From Octopus bimaculoides (lineage: Eukaryota), in NCBI RefSeq assembly GCF_001194135.2, contig NC_068995.1:30670441-30710157 (forward strand): a stretch of 39,717 bases of DNA. Reading direction: 5' to 3'. Every line of letters begins with the position of its first letter. Position 1 is the first letter of the stretch. The notes beneath the pieces were generated by a model. The model saw nothing but the letters and a program-made list of their open reading frames with translations. It did no database searches and was not told the DNA's origin. This document shows positions 12,214 through 23,612 of this stretch, piece by piece. The position numbers and the translations under genes are program-made.

Positions 12214-12533
12214 GCTTCAAATTTTTTGGTACAAGGCCAGCAATTTTAAGTTGAGGGATTAATCAATACCATTGGCCCCAGTACTCAGCTGGTACTTATT
12301 TTATTGATCCTGGACTGATGAATAGCAAAGTTGACCTAGGCCTTGCGATATTGCGTTATCTTCATTTATTTTGTGATCTTTGTTCATACATCTTACTGAG
12401 TTCGATTTCAGTTAAGTTATATTGATCAGTCATCGATTATCAATTGGATATCTGGTTCAACGACAAACCAAAATACAATTCGAAAAGCCAAAACCTCAAA
12501 GAACAACAAGAATACAATATAAAATTTGAAGTG

Positions 12534-12560
12534 TTTATTATTTAAGGACTGTTCTTTATT
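12534..12560 (-). terminator. Two candidate polyadenylation signals (AATAAA) downstream of the DNase stop codon
   Basis: tttatt on the plus strand at 12555-12560 and 12534-12539. Confidence 0.45.
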
Positions 12561-12569
12561 TGAATCTCT

Positions 12570-12653
12570 TTAGCCAACCACACTATCCGTCGATTTTCCA
12601 CATTTATTTTCAAAAACTATTTCAATTGGATAATGATCACTAACGGCTTCAGC
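12570..12653 (-). CDS. DNASE1-like: DNase I-like terminal coding exon: AEAVSDHYPIEIVFENKCGKSTDSVVG*
   Basis: Acceptor tctcttcttccag, phase 0. Contains the catalytic SDHYP motif (Asp251/His252); TAA stop at 12572-12570. Confidence 0.95.
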   Translation of the reverse strand, partial: AEAVSDHYPIEIVFENKCGKSTDSVVG

Positions 12654-12729
12654 CTGGAAGAAGAGAGAAAAATTAATATGATGCTATAATTATAATTGTT
12701 TGCCTTTCTAGATGCAATAGAGGCACCAA

Positions 12730-13340
12730 TAAGGAGGAGGAGCAGAAAGAGGAGGAGGAGCAGAAAGCGGAGGAGCAGCAGAAAGAGGAGGAGGAGCAGA
12801 AAGAGGAGGAGGAGCAGAAAGAGGAGGAGGAGCAGAAGGAGTAGGAGGAGCAGAAAGGGGGGAAAGGGGGAGGAGAAAGAGGGGGAGGAGGAGAAAGAGG
12901 GGAGGAGGAGAAANNNNNNNNNNNNNNNNNNNNNNNNNNNNNNNNNNNNNNNNNNNNNNNNNNNNNNNNNNNNNNNNNNNNNNNNNNNNNNNNNNNNNNN
13001 NNNNNNNNNNNNNNNNNNNNNNNNNNNNNNNNNNNNNNNNNNNNNNNNNNNNNNNNNNNNNNNNNNNNNNNNNNNNNNNNNNNNNNNNNNNNNNNNNNNN
13101 NNNNNNNNNNNNNNNNNNNNNNNNNNNNNNNNNNNNNNNNNNNNNNNNNNNNNNNNNNNNNNNNNNNNNNNNNNNNNNNNNNNNNNNNNNNNNNNNNNNN
13201 NNNNNNNNNNNNNNNNNNNNNNNNNNNNNNNNNNNNNNNNNNNNNNNNNNNNNNNNNNNNNNNNNNNNNNNNNNNNNNNNNNNNNNNNGGAGGAGGAGGA
13301 GGAGGAAGACGAGAAGGAGGACGAGGACGAGGTAGAAGAG
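12730..13340 (+). repeat. Purine-rich (GAG)n / 18-bp aggagcagaaagaggagg low-complexity array spanning an N gap
   Basis: Visible tandem units at 12731-12913 and 13289-13340; gap at 12914-13288. Confidence 0.9.
12914..13288. other. Assembly gap; other gaps at 11000-11009, 11539-11588, 15802-15934 and 24117-24248
   Basis: Runs of N. Confidence 0.99.
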
Positions 13341-14372
13341 GATTTCAAGATCAAATTTTCTTTCGTTTCATACCGATTTTAAAAAACAAGGTCGCAGATT
13401 TACCAGAGGAGATTGTGATGTTTTGATACTCATGCCCTGAATCTTGTTTTCTTTCAGACATTTCTTTTCTTTCAGGCATAATTATACGTATAATTTCTTT
13501 CATTAAAAGTTATTTGAGGGAGATTTATTTAGCTGTTAGCCATGTAGACGTCCTGTCGTTGGCCCGTTAAATCTGTTTAAGTTACAAGGGTTTGAAGGTA
13601 AATATTCTCAATGAGCCAAATATTAAGCGTGAGTTCGAATCGATATTTCACTTGTGTTCCGTAAAAGACATGTTACCCACACGTCACCCATACATCACCC
13701 AAATATCGCCCACGTATCACCTACATATTTCCCATACGTTACCCACATATCATTTTGAATGGAAAAAAAGGACCTCTGCCATAAACCAAAAATGTCTTTC
13801 TAGAACGTTGTCCTCTAATCACAATGCCCTCACTCGTTATATTGTCATTTTATACCAATTCAGATTCTTCTGATATTTCCCAGTAAAATAGTCAGAGGGA
13901 TTGGTTGACACAACTATCTTGATCTTTACAAAGCATCCTTCCCCAGACCGGGGGTGGCGCAGTAGAAAGTGAGGAAATTGTTCTCAGACAAGAGATCTGG
14001 ATCGAATATTCGCAACAGAGAAAACAACCATGATTCAATCTGAACGTAAGTAGGCTGGTGTAGAATGTAGGGAAGGATGTGGGACATATGTAGGCGGTAC
14101 TTTTAGAAGGGTGAAGTACTGGGGGAGAAAAGATCAGCAGAAATATTTTGTGTCGAGGTCAAGAATGATAGGAGGTGTAGATGCGAGGAGTGCGAATCGC
14201 ATCGAGTGGAATGGATACATGGCTAGCTGGTCTAGGGAATTTTGTGGTATGATCATCCATCAATCCATCTATCTCTCTCATTTACCTAGCTGTCTCTATG
14301 TCTACTGAATGAAGGAGGGTGAATTCATCGGCGAGAAATAGCAGTGAAATTCACTCAAATCATACTCTATCC

Positions 14373-14690
14373 AAATGGTTTTCAACGGGCGTTCATATGG
14401 CTCCTGGGGGTCCATACATGATTTTGAGGGGCCCACGTAACGAAATAGTAAAATGGGGATCCATGATAGTATTTTAAAAGCCCCTGGAAAAAATTTTGCC
14501 GTAGATGTACGTATTGTCATGTATTGCAAGAAACAGCTAGGTTTCTTTCTCCAACATTTTACATAGTTCAACCTACACAAGTTAATGTGTGAATAACAAA
14601 ATAGGAATTTTGAAAGTATAAAACTAGTTTTTAAGCATCGAATGGGTATGGGAGTCCACCAGAATAAGATAGTAATCAAAGCGACTTTTA
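14373..14690. mobile_element. hAT-like MITE family, copy 1
   Basis: ggttttcaac…catatggctcctgggggtccata start; shares blocks with 21357-21520 and 34375-34583. Confidence 0.5.
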
Positions 14691-15065
14691 GAGGGAAAAA
14701 AAATGCTGCAAACCACTGCTCTACTCAACCTTTTGCCAATCCAAAGCATTTTCGTAAGTTTGTCCTAAACGTCCATGATTGTTTTCAGAGTTTTAGTTAG
14801 CCCTTGCTTCATACTTTCTAAGTAATATAAAGCTTTTCTTTCATAAGTCCCAAGTTTCTCTGGTAGTTGAAAGAAAATTGGAAACGTGTATCATATATGA
14901 TGCATGGACGCAAGGGTAATATGTCCCGTGTCTCTCGTGCGATACACAGAACAGGTTAAAAGGGAAAGGATACAAGTGTACCTTAAACAAGGAGACCTGA
15001 TGATTATGGTTTCAACGCCTTTAATTAGAGGCTAAACAACCATAGCAACAACAACAAATAATTAC

Positions 15066-15162
15066 CGCTTCTGGTTTCATCCGATATGCTTCGTCAAAGC
15101 GAAAGGCTTTGGCATACCCAGGAACATAAGAATTCCTTAAATCACGTCCTCCAACAATAAAT
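15066..15162 (-). CDS. DNASE1-like: DNase I-like exon: FIVGGRDLRNSYVPGYAKAFRFDEAYRMKPEA
   Basis: Acceptor ttatttcag and donor GTAATT; 97 nt, phase 2 to 0. Lies inside ORF 15021..15224. Confidence 0.93.
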
Positions 15163-16147
15163 CTGAAATAAGAAAATAAGTACAAAATTAAGCAAAATAG
15201 ACTTATAACAGGAATATTCAGCAATCACCCTATGTCGCGATTCGCTACAAGACAGAGAGCCTTGAGATATAGCAGTATTGACAGACACTATAGGTGTTGA
15301 CCAAAAGAGATGGCGGACAACAGCTAACAACATAAAGGCAATGAACAGTCAGAGGACGAACGACATTAAACGTCAGTAGCCGGCAAGCGACTAACACTTT
15401 AACTGCTACACCAAAAACAATAACATTCAAAACTCTTGACGTTTTGTCGCTCATAACAACGACAATATTCAGCGGGGTTTTGTGTACGAAAAGAACAAAA
15501 TTTTGTTAATCAAAAATCTCAACAGATTTCGTCGTCGTCTTCTTCGTATAGACTTTATTTGTCTCTAATCTTTCTAGCTTCCTTTTCACAACAAATTTCA
15601 TCTGTACGTGCACCAGAGTGGGGGGGGGCTCAAAGTGTCTGGATGTGTCTTAGTGCATATATATATATATATGATAAAGGAAAAAAGATCTTTCCCGAGT
15701 CATATAAGCTTATAGGGCCAGATTCCAGGTTTCCGTGGTGCATATATATATATATATGATAAAGGAAAAAAGATCTTTCCCGAGTCATATAAGCTTATAG
15801 GNNNNNNNNNNNNNNNNNNNNNNNNNNNNNNNNNNNNNNNNNNNNNNNNNNNNNNNNNNNNNNNNNNNNNNNNNNNNNNNNNNNNNNNNNNNNNNNNNNN
15901 NNNNNNNNNNNNNNNNNNNNNNNNNNNNNNNNNNATATTATATTATATTATATTATATTATATTATAAACCCCACAAACACACACATACACCATAGTCTC
16001 GAACAGTGAGAATGAGTACCCAACACTGCATCTATTGAATTTATTTGTGGATTAACGATGCTACCAATGATTTCATGTGAATAGGATTTCAACAATCTGC
16101 TAGCGATCCACTTCAAAATCCTCTTCATATTAAACCATAAGTAGCAA

Positions 16148-16440
16148 TGTTATACACACTATATATAGTGGACATACTAGCCCAAGCGGTAGGTTAGTAT
16201 GTCCACGCAGCGGGTATACCTTCATCAGAGACCAGGTATGAATATTTTAGACAGGGAAAATTTACAGTTTACAAGGAATAAAATTCACAGTTTATAAGGA
16301 ATAAAATAGAAGAATAAAGACTAAAGGTAGTTAGAAGAATGTAGTGAACTTCATGCAGGCATAGCTTATTCTTCTTTCATCTTTCACATCTTACAACATG
16401 CCGTTGCAAATAAATCTTTGCCATTACATTGGTGAACCCG
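16148..16440 (+). mobile_element. 5' LTR (16148-16428) plus primer-binding site of an LTR retroelement
   Basis: TGT…ACA termini, TATA-like ctatatatag, AATAAA near 16409, followed by tTGGTGAACCCG; internal 12-bp hairpin stem at 16168-16206. Confidence 0.65.
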
Positions 16441-18100
16441 AGTTAAAGAATTGCATCCTTCACCTTCACATGAACAGTTGTCACATCCATCGATTACATT
16501 GGTGGCCCCGTCTAAAAGCAATTACTACTTCCTTCTAATGCTACATGCCGTTGCATTTTTCTGACTCCGAACTAAAGAACTACAGTCGCCATACCAACAG
16601 TCGCTAAACCAGAGGGAAAGAATGACAACCTTTGCCACCACCACGATGCACCCTCGTTCCACTTGTTACAGTACGCGTAACAGAAAGCACTATACTGAGA
16701 TGCAATCCACGATGCACTTACAACAATGCAACACTGCTGACGCACAAAGAATTCGCTCACTATGGAAGCCAATAAATGCATGATTTGGACAGCTACATCC
16801 CCAGAAACCAACTGGAAGAAAATACGGAAGCCCGCGCATGCAACCTTTTTGGCACACACACGCTTTTCGTCTTGTCCCAACGTACAGACCCTGCATTGTC
16901 TACGAACTTTTGCACGTATCTAAGACTCTCATATAGACTATCAACAATTCTTTTTCTTTGCATGCAAATCTTTTCAGTTTCAGTAGTAGACTTTTAGCAA
17001 AGGACGCTATTTTCAGCTAAGTTTGCCACTTTGTTTACTCATTTAGGCACTGTTCGTTCCTTTTGCTGCACTGCACACTTTCATTTGTTTACGAGTTACA
17101 CACATTCTGCGACGACACATTCCGCGATGCACACATTCCGCGATGCGCACATTCCGCGATGCACACATTCCGCAATGCACACATTCTGCGATGCACATAT
17201 ACCGCGATGCACAAATTCCGCAACAACTCGTTTCACTAAAACTAAATTTATGTGCATATCTTTTTGAATGTTTTATATTATTATTCATATTTTGCATGAA
17301 CTTTTTTCGTTCACTTTGAAAATGTTTGTATTGTTACATACACACACGCATGCACCTTTCCTGGCCTTACGCATGCATCTGCACATATTGTTCATATACA
17401 CATACATGTTGACACTGTCACATTTATGCACCACACCACACCATGCCTTTCTCGCTTGGTTTTCTTGCTCCTTGTATCCTTGTAGACACAACTTGTCTCT
17501 GTAAGACCCTAGGTCGGTCACGTAAACATAGAGAAACTTGTTTGTCCCTTACAACGCGCCAGCATGCCACACTTTTGCTCCTGCACGTTCAAGGTATTCA
17601 ATACCTTATGCATCAGCTGGCATATTCAGCACTGCTTCAATCACTGGCACTTAATCACTATTATGTATTTGTAATCACTGCACTAGCATACTACCTCATC
17701 CATGAGCCCTTTTGCACACACACGCGCGCAACTCTTTTATGCCTCTACTGCCTTGTTTTTCAACACATCTGTGTCCGCTCAGCCCTTTCCCGACTCGATG
17801 CACGTCGGATGTTCACATGCTCTGCGCTCATGTTTAAACATAATTTCCCTCTGTTAGATCCCTGTTTGGTCACATAATGAATGGAGAAAATTACCTGCCT
17901 CGCACATCACTCCAGCATGCTACACTGTCGTTCTTGCTAACCTCAGCAATTACCTACGACAACAGCGCCAGACACATTTCACTTCTGAAAAACTTTCAAG
18001 GCATTTCACACACTGCAATCCTGCAGGAAGATCTTCGATATCATGGATTGAGAATACACTCACTCGCTCACCTGAGTTTATTTTACAGTGAATTTTGATA
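16441..18100 (+). mobile_element. Probable non-coding or decayed internal region of that LTR element
   Basis: Higher GC/CpG than the flanks and directly follows the PBS; no clear gag/pol motif and no 3' LTR found. Confidence 0.35.
17101..17227 (+). repeat. 16-bp minisatellite, 8 units (cacattccgcgatgca)
   Basis: Units read directly at 17101, 17116, 17132, 17148, 17164, 17180, 17196 and 17212. Confidence 0.92.
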
Positions 18101-18189
18101 CGTACACCTGCACTTGTGTATACGCCCTCACGCGCACATACGCGCTAACTCATTTTCCTTACTGCCCAGTCACTGACTGCACATTCTGG

Positions 18190-18323
18190 CACGCAAAGCG
18201 ACACCGCAAGGCTTTGGTCGGCCAGAAGCTATAGTAGAAGACACTTGCCCAAGGTGCCACGCAGTGGGACTGAACCCCGAACCATGTGGCTGGTAAGCAA
18301 GCTACTTACAACACAGCCACTCC
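18190..18323 (-). mobile_element. tRNA-derived SINE; degenerate relatives near 27560-27660 and 34965-35100
   Basis: Minus strand reads ggagtggctgtgttgtaagtagc…ggttcagtcccactgcgtggcaccttgggcaagtgtcttctactatagc. Confidence 0.75.
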
Positions 18324-18417
18324 TACAACAATTGTTAGTCAATTGTTGTTGATCAAGATTTCTCCATTTTCTGCTTAATTTATGTGTGTGTGTATTAACA
18401 AACACACGCACACAGAC

Positions 18418-18479
<62 letters not shown>

Positions 18480-19393
18480 CTGTGTGTGTGTGTACGTGAA
18501 AGTGGGGTTGGCGTCAGTAAGTTTTGTAAAACTCAGTTTATATTTGATGGTACTCGGAATAGTTATGGTGTCGGAATCGTAGAAATGTAGAGCAACGGAC
18601 AAAATATTCTGCGTGTTTACTTCTATCTGCGTTCCTAAGTCAAATAATATTCAGGTTGTTGCTGCCTTTTATTTTTCCTGAGATGATAAAATGAAATACC
18701 AGTTAAATACTGGTATCGATTTCATTGACAGCTCTCTTTTTCAAATTTTGTCTCTCAACCCATCTTATAATATCAATTTGCGGAGATGAAACATTGGAAA
18801 CTAATCCGAAATCATCCAAATGTGACAAACAGCACAGGAAAAACGACCAAAGATCCAACATTCGCACCCGAGAAGAACAAAAAAGAGTTTGTATATAGTC
18901 TGTAGAGAAAACGGTAAACGTATCTACATGAAGAACTAACAAACAAGACGAATATGCACTGGGGGAAAAAAAGACAATGATAAATGGGAGAAATAAAATA
19001 AGACCCTAGAAAGACTCCCCGAATGAAATCTTAAACACGTAAGAGACTTCCTATCAATCAAACTTCCCTCCACTGTTAAAAGTGAAAGAAATAGAAAATA
19101 TCAAATCGTACTCTGTATACTGTTAATGATTATCTCAGTTGGAAGTGACTCAGAGGCTTTTAATGTCCTCCTTCTCTCACATCTTTTCTCCACCATTTTT
19201 TAAATATAAAAAAAAAGAAAAGTAAAGTTGATCGTTTAAATGTTTTAAATGATCATGTAGTTTTATCCCAAGTTGCGGTGCATTGATAAGTTCCAATTTT
19301 AGAAAGAAATGAATTTCAATTTATCTGCATCTACTTGCAAAAAGAAAAGAAAAACAAATGAGAATGAATTATACAGAAGCATAATCAAATTAG

Positions 19394-19424
<31 letters not shown>

Positions 19425-19633
19425 CTCAGCGATTCTCTCCCTTTCGGGGAAATTTCTCTCCCTCCTCCCTTCCCCCCCACATACACACTTTATTTCTTAG
19501 CAAACCCTATTTCTCTCTGCCTAGGAAAAAAAATGGAGATACAATTAATGGATAGCAATTGATTTACATCAATTATCATTCATAGGATACAAGTTATCCC
19601 TCAGACGGTTGTTATAACCTCTAACTTAACATC

Positions 19634-19687
19634 AGATAGATAGACAGATAGATAGATAGACAGATAGATAGATAGATAGATAGATAG
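19634..19687. repeat. (GATA)n/(GACA) tetranucleotide microsatellite
   Basis: Direct reading. Confidence 0.9.
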
Positions 19688-19746
19688 AAAATGATATTAT
19701 CAATAGTAACAACTACTCTAGACGATTCTTAGTGATAAGTCAATAC

Positions 19747-19977
19747 AGTGATCTGTAGCAACTGGATTCGATCCCAGGTTTTGTCACATAGAAATCGCAT
19801 TTCGATCATGTGCGCAAACCTAATTGTTATCCGATCAACGGCTGTTGTTCACGAAAAGTTGACAAACTACCGAACAATCACGTGAACAATTGGATAACAA
19901 TTGGGTTTGTGCACATGATCAAAATGTGAATTCAATGTGGCAAAACGTGAGATCGAATCCAATGCTATAGATCTCTG
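19747..19977. mobile_element. Small MITE with ~83-bp imperfect terminal inverted repeats
   Basis: 19750-19832 is the reverse complement of 19891-19973 at roughly 85% identity by eye; the left end reads TA|CAGTGATC, which is Tc1/mariner-like. Confidence 0.8.
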
Positions 19978-20119
19978 ATACAATCACCAGATCCCGATAC
20001 TTGGAAGGGTTGGGTAGAGTTCAACCACACTCAATACACAAACATTTAAAAACATTAAGTGTTTATCAATAAATATTTATCGTCCTACATCAATCTTTCT
20101 TTTATTCTAGAGAACTTAC

Positions 20120-20387
20120 CTGTCATAAGCGCAATGTGTCCCTTTAACTGTAGTGTCAACATCGTCACAAATAGGCCACGTGTAGGCCGAACTTCGGCGC
20201 ATTGATACTTCTTGCCATTTAGATTCACGGAAATAATTACAGTCAGCATTCATGTCACCCATGATAATAACGTTACTGGTGCGGAACTTTCTGGTCACAC
20301 TATCGTGAACTTTCTCCAGTAACTTTATCTCTTCAACAGCTTCATCGGGACTAATATGAACCCCAACCAAGGTAAACTTTTTGAATT
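20120..20387 (-). CDS. DNASE1-like: DNase I-like exon: FKKFTLVGVHISPDEAVEEI...IIMGDMNADCNYF...DDVDTTVKGTHCAYD(R)
   Basis: Acceptor tatttacag and donor GTAAGT; 268 nt, phase 1 to 2. Contains the catalytic His134, Asp168/Asn170, Cys173/Cys209 and Asp212 equivalents; overlaps ORF 20116..20370. Confidence 0.97.
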
Positions 20388-20570
20388 CTGTAAATAAATA
20401 AATAAATGTTTTCTTTCATTATTTTACTACTCTCAATCATTAGACTAGGGCAACGCCTCCAAAGGTTTTTAAACGATCACATCTTTTTATCACGTGGTTA
20501 AGTCACGTGATATAAAGCTACAAGATGAACAACAATACCGTTATAGATATAAGTACAAATTCACATTTGA

Positions 20571-20612
<42 letters not shown>

Positions 20613-20639
20613 GTAAGAGATCTCAACGCCATAACAAAG

Positions 20640-21266
20640 TATTCGGATCTTTGGGGTTTGACGGGCAACATTTGTTTTCTTAACGAAACACTTTCAAACT
20701 TGGGACACTGGTAGAATGTGTCATATAAAACAACTTCTTCTCTTAACCTTCCTAACAAAAAATTGTACATCGCAAGTTATTTCATGTTAAAGTTGTATTT
20801 CTGTAATTTCAACCAATCACTGACGTCTATTCAGCTGTATACAGTTACTGCTGTTCGGTGTCAAGTGTGTTATTCCCTGTTTAATTATATCATTATTCCC
20901 TAGTAAGGCTTTAGAGTTTTAGGGTTAGGGTTCGGGTTTTAGGGTTAGGGTTGAGGTTAGGGTTGGGGTTAGAGTTAGGGTTATGGTTATGAGTTATAGG
21001 GTTAGAGTTAAGAACGGGACTAATTTTATTCAAGGGAAAAGATCCCATGACACCGTTACGGCATTAATTGTTTTCACTTCAATAGACGTCAGTGATTGGT
21101 TGAAATTACCGAAATACGACAATTTTTTACATAAAATAACTTCGAATACAAAATTTTTTATTTGTTCTATACCACAAAATATACAAATATTCGAAGTTTG
21201 AAAGTGTTTCGGTACCAAAAACACTACAAAAAAAATGTTGGCCGTCAAACCCCAAAGATCCAAGTA
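20640..21266. mobile_element. Fold-back / MITE-like element, copy 1, with central telomere-like (TTAGGG)n
   Basis: Perfect 20-bp inverted match at 20645-20664 / 21242-21261, plus further inverted blocks (aacactttcaaactt; aatttcaaccaatcactgacgtctatt). Degenerate TTAGGG tract at about 20910-21010. Confidence 0.85.
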
Positions 21267-21356
21267 TTCAACAATTTAAAATTGGTGCAATAACTTCCAA
21301 ATCCAACAGAACACACTTTCAATCTACTAAATTCCATCCACAATATTGATCCACCT

Positions 21357-21520
21357 AAGCTTCTCAACCGGGATTCATATGGTCCTTGGGGGTTTATGTA
21401 AGATTTGCTGTCAAAATTTATGTACAATAAAATTGGTTTTACTTCTACAATACACAAAATATTTTTTATACAATTCCTAATATTTAATTATAAAACTATA
21501 ATAGGATTTAATTAAAATAT
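21357..21520. mobile_element. hAT-like MITE family, copy 2 (partial)
   Basis: ttctcaaccgggattcatatggtccttgggg start; block cttctacaatacac…tatacaattcctaata shared with the 34375 copy. Confidence 0.55.
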
Positions 21521-22479
21521 GACAGGATCAAAGTGTACTGCAGCAGGATCGAACGCAAAACTGCGTTGGTGAAGTTAACTTCTTAAGCACATGGCCATGC
21601 CAATGCATATATGTGGGAATGTATAAATAATGATTACTTCTAAATATTTATAGAAATTTAATCCTTTAAACCTGCGACTGTACTTTAGCGGGTGCGACTT
21701 CGTTTGATGATACTCCTTGAAGATACAAAAGCTAGCATCCACATAGGTTTGTGTTTGTGACCGCCTGCTTTAGCGTCTTCCAGACGTATAGTCAAATGAA
21801 ATGGCGCCCACTTCAGTACTTGCAGGTTCGCAATTAATGGTGTGTTTATGACAAGTGTAGACTATATCTGATAGTGAGGCTTGATTGAATGAAATGGTAA
21901 GTTATGGTGTTCTTATCAACAATATGAAATTGAGTTATAAAGTATGTTTTAACAAAGAACTAGGGGGAAATGTGACGTTCGTGCCTTTCCCGAAGGTACT
22001 GGTAGCGGAAGAGAAGTGAAATGATTTCAGTCGGGTCACAGAAGACCTTGTCATGGATCCAGCATTTTCATCAAATTTATCTCTTACTTGTTTCAGTCAT
22101 TAGACTGCGGCTTTGCTTGGGCAGCGCGTCGAACAAATCAATTACACGACTTATTTTTAAAAGTCTGGTAATAATTCAATTGGTCTCTATTGCCGAACAG
22201 TTAAGTTACGGGGACGTAAGCACACCAACACCGGTTGTCAAGTGGTAGTGGTTGATAAAAATAGATACAAAGATACGCATACACAGACATGTATGTAAAT
22301 ATATAATTATAATTCACATGCTGAGGTAAGCTGCGAAATTTGTTCTTGGAGGTATCTGAGATATTTATGTGCAGTTATGGCTTTGCGTTTGCTTTCCTGT
22401 AGGTATGTATATCTCATTTATTTCCTGTATGCATACTCTGCTGATGAGGTAAAGCCATTGGGCAGAACCAGAAATTATC

Positions 22480-23612
22480 TAAACCAGGGCTATTTTGTTA
22501 TTAATTTCCCTAAGCTTGCTCCCTCGCTTTCGGCGCGTGTATTTTTGTGATTTTTAAAGTGGTGAGGCGATTTAGCGTCTATCTTCAGCATATAGACTTG
22601 AGAAAAAAATTTTGTATGCCCTTAGTTATAATTATATATATGATTTCCCCTTAATCGGTCTAGGCAAGACTTCCTTGTGGTTTTTGTGTGTCGTGTGCGA
22701 TTATATTTTTAAAATTAGCAGTTGAGCTGAAACTGATTTTTAAGTTATGTCTGTTGAAGATCTTTCTATAATTATGGTTGACTGGAAAGTGTCTGTCTAT
22801 CAGTGCTAAGAAATACTTGCCTATATTAAAGGTCACTTCGGGTGAGTAGGGGGTGTGAACCAGATAGTTTTCCTATTTCTATGTTTTCTTTTCTTTATTA
22901 CTGGATTGGTGGCAGGTGTATAGGTTATTCCCTCGTTAAAACCACTATCTTTTAGAGCCTTATTGTATACTGGGGCAACGCTATTAAAAATGTCCCTATC
23001 AGAGGAGAGGCTAGAAATTCTTTTGCTAATGTTCTTAACTAAATTTTTAAACACTATGGAAGGATGGCAGGAACCCACATTGATATAACTAAGTCTATCG
23101 TTGGGCTTCTTATATGGCTTATAAATATTCTTATTTAGATCTAAGGATACATCTAGGTAATTGACAACCGTCAGGTTGGTATCTATAGTTATGCTAAGAC
23201 CGAAAGTTTTCATCAAATAGATAATATCCTTCCTAAACTGATCCTGTGCTGGTCCATTGGTATTAACGGTTAAAGCTAGGGCATCATCTTTGTAAATTGC
23301 GAAGTGTACGTCAGGAAACGTTTTGCCCAACGTATCGAGTAGGAATAGTCCAATAAGATCGCATATGCCTGCTCCATCATATGACCCCCATGCTCACATC
23401 GAAAGCATCCTCTGTATCCGTAGTCTTGGCACACTCTGCGTTCTCACTGAAGAGTAAAGTATTTCTAGCATGGAAGATTATGTCCTGATCCTGTGTACTG
23501 ATTTCTATGAATCCGCTTGCGAAGGTAAGGGCTTTATCTAGCAGTTCTTTAGAGATAGAGGTATAAAAATCGACAATATCGAACTGCGTGAATCTCGCTT
23601 TATTCTTATTCT
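22480..23612 (-). mobile_element. Penelope-like element, reverse transcriptase region (5'-truncated, decayed)
   Basis: QFDIVDFYTSI, MG(S)YDGAGICDLIG, AIYKDDAL, VNYLDVSLDL, SCHP and RKTIWFTPP; continues after a frameshift as NIGKYFLALIDRHFP…KIFNRHNLKISFS. Confidence 0.9.

Noticed and set aside
12617-13382. 245-aa and 228-aa ORFs (Ser/Leu-rich; Arg/Ser/Lys/Glu-rich, protamine-like)
   Set aside because: Low-complexity GAG array read through a 375-nt N gap; the real DNase exon at 12570-12653 uses a different frame.
15653-15801. 64-bp direct repeat with 85-bp period
   Set aside because: Directly abuts an N gap, so it cannot be distinguished from a duplicated contig end.
17101-17227. Regular repeats considered as a possible CRISPR-like array
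   Set aside because: Units are contiguous with no unique spacers, there are no cas genes and the context is eukaryotic.
20910-21010. TTAGGG tracts as a true chromosome end or fusion site
   Set aside because: Short, degenerate, single-orientation and enclosed by transposon-like inverted arms inside an intron.
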